Shown piece by piece: positions 33,147-39,206 of a stretch of DNA of 43,141 nucleotides; the first letter of the stretch is position 1, and every line of letters starts with the position of its first letter. The notes below the pieces were generated by a model that was not told the DNA's origin, ran no database searches, and saw nothing but the letters and a program-made list of their open reading frames with translations. The position numbers and the translations under genes were made by a program. Where the stretch lies: positions 1-43,141 of IMG/VR virus record IMGVR_UViG_3300050120_000109. One strand, written 5' to 3'. This stretch comes from a virus.

Positions 33147-34556
33147 ATGCCTGAACTGCATCAATTCCAAGATGACCTGCTGCAGGCGGCTCGCGCCGAA
33201 ATGGAGCATGTCCGCTCGGTCGTCGTCCAGGCTGCCACGGGTGCGGGGAAAACCGTGATCGGGACTGAGGCGCTCAAGCGGGTTCGGGAGCGTGGCAAGT
33301 ACGGCCTCTTCATGGTCAACCGGGTCGAGCTGGTCGACCAGACCGCGCGCACGTTTGAGAAATGGGGCCTGCCACACGGTATTATCGCTAACGGTTACCG
33401 GCCTAACCCGTTCCCGTCGATCCAGATTGCCTCGATTGGCTCACTTGAAAACGCTCTAAAAAAGGGCTTGGTGCGTGATCCGGCGCTGTGCGTCTGGGAC
33501 GAAGCCCACCACATGGCGGCGCCTACGTGGGCGCGGGTGATGGCCTACTTTCGCCGGGCGCGGCATCTCGGCTTGACCGCGACGCCTGAGCGCCTCGATG
33601 GGCGCGGGCTGGATGCCTTCTTTGAGGCGATGGTGTGCGGGCCACAACCGGGCTGGCTCATCGATAACAACTATCTCGCACCTTACCGGGCGTTCGGTCC
33701 GAAGCGGCCGGACCTGCGCGGCGTCGGGGATCGGGGCGACGATTACCATCCCGGCCAACTGGCCGCGATCATGGACACGCCAACGCTGTATGGCGACATG
33801 GTCGAGAATTATCAGCGCCACGGGATGGGGCAGAAGTTCATCGCCTTTTCCGTCTCGCGGGATATGTCGCGCAAGACGGCCGAACGGTTCCGGCTGGCCG
33901 GCATCCCGGCCGTGCATGTCGATGGCGACACGCCGGCCGGTGAGCGGCGGGCGACGATTGAGGCTTTCCGCGCCGGCAAGCTGCGGGGCCTGTGCAATGT
34001 CGACCTGTTCGGTGAGGGCTTCGATGTGCCCGACGCGGTCGTTGCGATCCTCGGCCGGCCAACAAAGTCCTTCGCGGTCCACAAGCAACAGATGGGCCGG
34101 GTGATGCGGTACGAGTTTGGCAAGGTGTCAATCCTGCTGGACCATGCCGGCAACCTCAAGCCGGGCTGGCTGCCGGACGATGAAACCCATTGGACGCTCG
34201 CCGGCCGGATCAAGGGGGTTAAGAAAAAGCGCCAGGCTGAGGACGATATCGATCTCGGCCGGTGCGGCAATTGTGGCGGCTTCTGCCAGCCCGGCATGAT
34301 GCTCTGCATCGGCTGCGGCGGGGTGCGCATCGAAGCCGTGGGCAAGCAACTGGAAACCGTCGAGGGCGTGCTTGGGGAATACGATGTCAAGGCGATGCGG
34401 GCCGCGCGCAAGCGCGAACAGGCGGACGCGCAAACGCTGGATGAGTTGATTGAGTTGGGGCGTCGGCGGGGTTACCGGTCGCCGGAAGGATGGGCGCAAC
34501 ACTTCTTCTCCGCGCGTGCGGCGGCGCAAGGGGGCTTTGACCTTGACGGGCGGTAG
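33147..34556 (+). CDS. SF2 DEAD/DEAH-box DNA helicase with a C-terminal zinc ribbon (469 aa)
   Basis: Motif I 'QAATGAGKT', motif II 'VWDEAHH', motif III 'LGLTATP', motif VI 'QQMGRVMR' and 'CGNCGGFCQPGMMLCIGCG'. Confidence 0.9.
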   Translation: MPELHQFQDDLLQAARAEMEHVRSVVVQAATGAGKTVIGTEALKRVRERGKYGLFMVNRVELVDQTARTFEKWGLPHGIIANGYRPNPFPSIQIASIGSLENALKKGLVRDPALCVWDEAHHMAAPTWARVMAYFRRARHLGLTATPERLDGRGLDAFFEAMVCGPQPGWLIDNNYLAPYRAFGPKRPDLRGVGDRGDDYHPGQLAAIMDTPTLYGDMVENYQRHGMGQKFIAFSVSRDMSRKTAERFRLAGIPAVHVDGDTPAGERRATIEAFRAGKLRGLCNVDLFGEGFDVPDAVVAILGRPTKSFAVHKQQMGRVMRYEFGKVSILLDHAGNLKPGWLPDDETHWTLAGRIKGVKKKRQAEDDIDLGRCGNCGGFCQPGMMLCIGCGGVRIEAVGKQLETVEGVLGEYDVKAMRAARKREQADAQTLDELIELGRRRGYRSPEGWAQHFFSARAAAQGGFDLDGR

Positions 34557-34563
34557 GCCGGGG

Positions 34564-34575
34564 CCGTTACTAGAG
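34564..34575 (+). repeat. Copy 7 of CCGTTACTAGAG (plus orientation)
   Basis: Exact and intergenic, 13 nt upstream of the ATG at 34589. It is followed at once by an 8-codon mini-ORF (ATGGGGGTATTAGATGCAAAGCCATGA). Confidence 0.9.
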
Positions 34576-34588
34576 ATGGGGGTATTAG

Positions 34589-34807
34589 ATGCAAAGCCAT
34601 GAGCGACAGGCCAAACACAAGGCGGCGAAGCGGGCGGCGGGTCTGGTGCAAGTGAATGTCTGGCTGCCGGAAGCTGCCGCCGCTGATATGCGGCGGGCGG
34701 CGGAAATCATCCGCCAGTATCCACGGCTGACGATCGGCCGGCTGTTCGATCCGACAACCGGCCGGCTGGTCAGTCTGCGCAATCCAAAGGTTGCTGATCT
34801 AAGCTGA
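34589..34807 (+). CDS. Small basic protein (72 aa). Paralog B of 370..594.
   Basis: 'AAGLVQVNVWLPEAAAADMRRAAEIIRQYPRLTIGRLFDPTTGRLVSLRNPK' aligns residue-for-residue with the 370..594 product. Confidence 0.7.
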   Translation: MQSHERQAKHKAAKRAAGLVQVNVWLPEAAAADMRRAAEIIRQYPRLTIGRLFDPTTGRLVSLRNPKVADLS

Positions 34808-35239
34808 CGGTCTGCCCGATTTTGCCTCGGGTCTTACCTTCGGTCTGCCCGGTCCACGGCGCTTGCGGGGCGGCTTGGGGAGGGCCTCAAGCGGGCGCAA
34901 CAGGGTGGGCAACCAATGGTCCTTTCGATAGGTGCGGTCGCCTGTGGCGATGGGCAGGGCGAGGGCCTTGCCGTCGATGTGGTAGGTTCCGACCGATGTT
35001 ATCTCGGCCGCGATCAGTCCCTCGGCCAGTAGTTCCCCGATCGCCTCGCAAGCCTCGTGGGTCATGCTGTGCCAAAGGATGCAGCCGTCGCGGATGCTGG
35101 CGTTAAAGCCGCCGTCGCGGAATTCCTCGAACCGGTCTGACAGTTCGGCGAATGACACGGGGAGGTTCTCGCGGATGTAGGCCAGTACGTCGGCTTTCAG
35201 GGTGGGAAGCGTGGCGGGGGATGGCTCTGGGTCGGTCAT
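34799..35239 (-). CDS. Hypothetical protein (146 aa) with a basic AT-hook-like tail
   Basis: GAGGA lies 5 nt upstream of ATG 35239. The C-terminus 'PRKRRGPGRPKVRPEAKSGRPSA' is encoded by iteron cluster A. Confidence 0.6.
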   Translation of the reverse strand: MTDPEPSPATLPTLKADVLAYIRENLPVSFAELSDRFEEFRDGGFNASIRDGCILWHSMTHEACEAIGELLAEGLIAAEITSVGTYHIDGKALALPIATGDRTYRKDHWLPTLLRPLEALPKPPRKRRGPGRPKVRPEAKSGRPSA

Positions 35240-35859
35240 GGTGTCCTCGGTCTTACCGTTTTCGGGGGATGTCTGCCTGGTGGTCTTACTGTCTGCGGTG
35301 TGGTTTCAGGTCGAAGTCGTCGGGGGCTGGGCGTGGTCCCTCGATGTCGCCGTGCTGGTGGAACGGGTCGTGGGTGATCGCCTTGGTCTGCCCGGTCTTC
35401 CCTCCGGTCTGCCTTGGGGTATGACCACGGGCGGCGCGGCCGTAGGCTTGCATCGTCGCCCATGCCTCGCGCGCAACCGCTTTCGGGATGACCGCACCCG
35501 TCGCCTCGTATAGCGCCTTGGTCGCCTGTAGGGCTTGGGCATAGCCGGCCGGGTCGAAGCCGGGGGCGATGGCGGGGTGGGCCGGGGCCTCGGGTTCGGC
35601 GGGTCTTCCCTCGGGTCTGCCGGGCGGTATGACCATCCCGGCTTGCTGGTCCGCCGCGCGTATGACGGCGTCGCTAAGCCACTCGCCTTGTGTCTGGTCC
35701 ATGCGTTCGGCGGCAACCTTGGCCTTGGTCCTCGCCTCCGTTGTCACGCCTTTGATGGTCCATGGTCTGGTCTGCTGGTCGTCGTCTGACATGGTATTCC
35801 CTCGGTCTTACCTGTGGTCTGCCCAATCGGCGCAACCGGTCTGCCCGATGGTCTGCCCG
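34809..35859 (+). repeat. Iteron array of at least 14 direct copies of GGTCT(G/T)(C/A)CC in five clusters, many as 12-bp-spaced pairs
   Basis: Approximate starts are as follows. GGTCTGCC at 34809, 34842, 35385, 35406, 35614, 35816, 35838 and 35850. GGTCTTACC at 34830, 35249 and 35804, with GGTCTTACT at 35282. GGTCTTCCC at 35394 and 35602. All are on the same strand. Confidence 0.85.
35286..35792 (-). CDS. RHH-like DNA-binding protein (168 aa)
   Basis: GAGGGA lies upstream of ATG 35792. 'RPWTIKGVTTEARTKAKVAAERMDQTQGEWLSDAVIRA' resembles the RHH-type N-terminal module seen in alphaproteobacterial PodJ-like and regulator proteins (recollection). The gene body carries iteron clusters B-D. Confidence 0.65.
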   Translation of the reverse strand: MSDDDQQTRPWTIKGVTTEARTKAKVAAERMDQTQGEWLSDAVIRAADQQAGMVIPPGRPEGRPAEPEAPAHPAIAPGFDPAGYAQALQATKALYEATGAVIPKAVAREAWATMQAYGRAARGHTPRQTGGKTGQTKAITHDPFHQHGDIEGPRPAPDDFDLKPHRRQ

Positions 35860-35926
35860 TTTCGCAAGTGTTGATTGTCCGGGGTGGGGCGCCTACCGTG
35901 CCGGCTTTGTGAGGGATGGGAAAGCC

Positions 35927-36232
35927 ATGGCTCTGCCTAACCCCGGCCCAAAGGGCGCCTTGTGGTGGATGAACGCCACGACCTGCCCGCATTGTGGCGG
36001 CAAGCTGAACGCGACGGGCACGGTCGAAAGCAAGGTGGCGCCGGCCTCGGGCGATGTCACGATCTGCGCGCATTGCCTGCATGTCCTGCAATTCGATAAG
36101 GGCCATGTGCCGCGCGCGATGGTGCCGGAACACCTGGCGCTGTTGCTGATGATGGACGAGGATTTCCGCGCCAGCATGGAAGCCGCTCAATCCTTCGTCC
36201 GGCGCACGAAACGTGCGGGCGGCTTCGGGTGA
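35927..36232 (+). CDS. Zinc-ribbon protein (101 aa)
   Basis: GAGGGA lies about 10 nt upstream. The motif is 'CPHCGG...CAHC'. Confidence 0.6.
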   Translation: MALPNPGPKGALWWMNATTCPHCGGKLNATGTVESKVAPASGDVTICAHCLHVLQFDKGHVPRAMVPEHLALLLMMDEDFRASMEAAQSFVRRTKRAGGFG

Positions 36233-36708
36233 TCGGGCCGAACGCGCTGATGTGGCTGGGCCTTGGTTTCGATGTGTTGGTGCTCGCGGCGGGCGCGATA
36301 ATCATTGCTCGCGGGCGGCGGTCGCTGCGTCTTCTGCGGGAGTCTACCGCAAGGCTGCGGCACGCAACGGCGGCGGCGTCGGCTCTGATGCTGCCTTATC
36401 TGCCGGGGGTGCGGGGCTACGTGCCGCCGATTGTTTGGGGAGAGGTATATAAAATGGATCTTCTATCGGACGATGAGCGCAACTTGTTCGTGCTGCTTCT
36501 GTCGGCGGAGGTCAGCCGTCACACGTCGCTGGGTCCGGGGGTGCAACCGGAGAAAGTCGAGGCGCTGCTACGCAAGGTCGAGGGCCGGGACCGGTATATC
36601 TATGTCAGCACACGGGCGGAGGGCTTGCCGCCCGATGCGGTGATGCGCGCGGCGGTGGATAAATCGGTGACTGGTGCGCCTTCCACGGCCGCAACCAATG
36701 GCGCGTGA
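36229..36708 (+). CDS. Membrane-anchored hypothetical protein (159 aa)
   Basis: A GTG start overlaps the upstream stop. The N-terminus 'LMWLGLGFDVLVLAAGAIIIA' is hydrophobic. Confidence 0.5.
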   Translation: MIGPNALMWLGLGFDVLVLAAGAIIIARGRRSLRLLRESTARLRHATAAASALMLPYLPGVRGYVPPIVWGEVYKMDLLSDDERNLFVLLLSAEVSRHTSLGPGVQPEKVEALLRKVEGRDRYIYVSTRAEGLPPDAVMRAAVDKSVTGAPSTAATNGA

Positions 36709-37114
36709 GTACACCTGTTCGAGTTGCGGCGCCTCGGTGATCCTGTTCGGCGGGCCGGAAACCGAAACGCGCTGCGCCGGCTGTAACTGGTTGATGTGTA
36801 TCGATGATCCCACGGCGCGGGCGGCACTGCGGGCGCATATGCTGGCGCATGACATCATCGGCAACGGTGGCAATACCGGGCCTCCGGTGGCGGTCGAGTT
36901 GTGGTTTGTGCCGGATGTGGAAGAAAAGCCGGCGCCGGCCGATCAGTCGAAGTACGTGTGCTGTATCTGCGGGGAAGAAATGTTGACCGGCCGGCCCGAT
37001 GCGGAAGCCCGGGCGGAACACGATCGTCTGCACCGTGGGCACGAACCGCCCCGGCAATCGGGCCGGGCCTGTGGCGACTGTTGGTTGCTGGTGCGGGAGT
37101 CCGGCCTGTTCTAG
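36698..37114 (+). CDS. Double zinc-ribbon hypothetical protein (138 aa)
   Basis: ATG 36698. Motifs 'CSSCG...CAGCNW' and 'CCICGEE...CGDCW'. Confidence 0.55.
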   Translation: MAREYTCSSCGASVILFGGPETETRCAGCNWLMCIDDPTARAALRAHMLAHDIIGNGGNTGPPVAVELWFVPDVEEKPAPADQSKYVCCICGEEMLTGRPDAEARAEHDRLHRGHEPPRQSGRACGDCWLLVRESGLF

Positions 37115-37830
37115 TTGGGGGTCGGGGTGGTGGCTATCATGGCGGCAGCGATCTGCAAGCCGGCCGCCTTAGTGTAGGCTTCAAGCCGGGTGAGTTCGGC
37201 TGGCGCTGCCGGCGTCGTGCCGTCCTGCCATGACACAAACATGCCTCCGAGTAGATGGTCCTGGAAGTCGATCACGGGGCATGACATGCGCGACGACTCG
37301 CCGAATTCGAGCATTTTGTCGTGGGTCTTCTGTTCCGCTGTGGCAAGGGTCTCGTAGGTGCATCTGCTGGCAAGCATCTCGTTCAGAAACGGTATCCAGT
37401 CGGACAGGGTGCCGTTCGAGGATAGCCGGCCGGGTGAGAAGCCGGGCCGGGCGATGGCGTGCGTGACGTCGTAGCGCAGCAACCCGACGCCATTTAACCC
37501 GACGGTTCCATTGTGGATGATCGCTAGCCGCACGCGTGCGGCCGTGGGCGCCTCGGCCAGTATCCGGCGCAACAGGTCGTCGGTGAGTTTGTCGCGCCTG
37601 GCTGTCTCCGATAGGTCGTGTTGCAAGGTGTCGATCGCGTGCGGGTCGGTGAGCAAGAGATCGAAGCCGGCTTGCAGCCCGCCTTCTCGTTTCGCGGCCA
37701 CGGCCAGCACAAGGGCGGTGATTAAGACGACCGTCAGGAGCGGGCTGCGCAAGGCGGAAGCGAGCGGGCGGGCTGAACCGAGGAAAGCCCCCACCAATCT
37801 CATAACCGTTATAAAATCGGTGAGGCTCAT
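37111..37830 (-). CDS. Membrane protein with a globular C-terminal domain (239 aa), last gene of the minus-strand operon
   Basis: There are two N-terminal hydrophobic segments. It lies downstream of the holin-like gene and might be lysis-associated. Confidence 0.55.
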   Translation of the reverse strand: MSLTDFITVMRLVGAFLGSARPLASALRSPLLTVVLITALVLAVAAKREGGLQAGFDLLLTDPHAIDTLQHDLSETARRDKLTDDLLRRILAEAPTAARVRLAIIHNGTVGLNGVGLLRYDVTHAIARPGFSPGRLSSNGTLSDWIPFLNEMLASRCTYETLATAEQKTHDKMLEFGESSRMSCPVIDFQDHLLGGMFVSWQDGTTPAAPAELTRLEAYTKAAGLQIAAAMIATTPTPN

Positions 37831-37834
37831 GGTG

Positions 37835-38251
37835 TTAGGCTGCCGCTAAGGTGTTGGCGCCGGTGCCGATGCCGTTCGCTGCTGGCGGCGCTGTAGAGGG
37901 TGATGCCCGGCCTGTCAGTGCGAGTTTGTCCAGTTCCCCTTGCAGGATTTTCTGCACGGTCTGTGGGTTTCCGCCGATTGCTAGCACTGCCGGGCGGATG
38001 GTGCTGACGATCGTATCGACGCTGGCGTTGATGAGATTCATCTCAACGAGTTCGGGGCTGGCGTTGGCGGGTAGGTTGGAGAGGGCGCGCGCGATTGACG
38101 CGGCCTCTTGGCTGGCCATGCCGGTGACGCGGGCAAGGGCGGTGTGGCCTTTTTGGTTGGCCGTGGCGGATATCTGGGTCAACCAATTGCCCAGCATTGG
38201 CAGGGCGACGGCCGCGCATATCGCGACATCGCCCCAGGGGATGCTACTCAT
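37835..38251 (-). CDS. Holin-like small membrane protein (138 aa)
   Basis: AGGAG lies upstream of ATG 38251. It has an N-terminal TM segment 'VAICAAVALPMLGNWL' and sits immediately downstream of the endolysin. Confidence 0.5.
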   Translation of the reverse strand: MSSIPWGDVAICAAVALPMLGNWLTQISATANQKGHTALARVTGMASQEAASIARALSNLPANASPELVEMNLINASVDTIVSTIRPAVLAIGGNPQTVQKILQGELDKLALTGRASPSTAPPAANGIGTGANTLAAA

Positions 38252-38286
38252 GGTCTAGTTCTCCTGTAACTTTTAGGGTGAAACGG

Positions 38287-38892
38287 TCAGGCCAGGCGGT
38301 AGAAACGTTGATGCCCGATGGTCGCGGTCGGGGGCCGCCCGATCGCCCAAACGGGCAACGGAATGCTGAGCGCGTAATAACTGTCGGCGCCTCCGGTGTT
38401 GTCGCGAAGCAGGCCGGACAGGGCTAGCCAAGCGATGGTGCGGGCGATGGCGAAAGCCGGGTCGGCTCCGGTTACCTCGACCATGGCGGTATGATCGGGG
38501 CCGGGTGACCAGCAAGAAAACTGGTATGGCGCGCGGCAAACCCCGGTTACGTCGTGGCCCCACCATCCCGGCCGCACCCATGCGCGGGTGATGATGACGG
38601 AAGCGACGGCGCACATGCCGGTGATGCCTTCGCCGCGCGCCTCGCCCCAAATGGTCCGCGCCATGGTGTCGAGTTCCGTGGTGTCGATCGCCGCGTGCGG
38701 GTCCGGCGCTTGAAGGACGCGGCCGGGGCCGTAGGCAAGTTCGATTGGCGTGGGGTGGGGGAGTGAGGTCGGGACTGGCGGGGCTTTGTTTATCAGGGCT
38801 GCGCCCGGTAGGTCTGTGGCGTGGGTAACGTCGATCGGCGCGAGTGTGCCGCTCGCGAAGTTCGGCACGATGGGGGCTGGCTTGTCGGTCAT
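38287..38892 (-). CDS. Endolysin, SleB-type cell-wall hydrolase (Hydrolase_2) with an N-terminal extension of about 75 aa
   Basis: 'MARTIWGEARGEGITGMCAVASVIITR...APYQFSCWSPG...GADSYYA...PVWA...IGHQRFY' matches the SleB-family signature. Confidence 0.85.
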   Translation of the reverse strand: MTDKPAPIVPNFASGTLAPIDVTHATDLPGAALINKAPPVPTSLPHPTPIELAYGPGRVLQAPDPHAAIDTTELDTMARTIWGEARGEGITGMCAVASVIITRAWVRPGWWGHDVTGVCRAPYQFSCWSPGPDHTAMVEVTGADPAFAIARTIAWLALSGLLRDNTGGADSYYALSIPLPVWAIGRPPTATIGHQRFYRLA

Positions 38893-39206
38893 CCGAACAT
38901 CTCCGGTCCAAAGTCGTTAAGTAAACGCTGCTCGGCGCTGTTGGCCTTGCTCAGCGCCATGTCTTTGCAAAGGTGGGTGAACACAAGCCAAAGCTTGGCG
39001 CGTGCTTCTGGGGCGGCGGAGAGGGCAAGTAACTGTGCGGCTCCGACCAGTATCATCATGCCGCCCATGCGGCCTTCCTCGTCGGTGAAAAAGCCGGCGC
39101 TGTGGGCGTCGTTAAGCGCCTGGCGGGAGAGGTCGTTGCGGGCCGTCTGCATGATCTGGGCGACGATGCCGAGTTCGTGCGGGGTCCGGTCGGTCATGCT
39201 GGGCAT
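38889..39206 (-). CDS. Hypothetical protein (105 aa)
   Basis: ATG 39206 overlaps the primase stop (TAATG). Its own stop overlaps the endolysin start (ATGA). Confidence 0.5.
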   Translation of the reverse strand: MPSMTDRTPHELGIVAQIMQTARNDLSRQALNDAHSAGFFTDEEGRMGGMMILVGAAQLLALSAAPEARAKLWLVFTHLCKDMALSKANSAEQRLLNDFGPEMFG

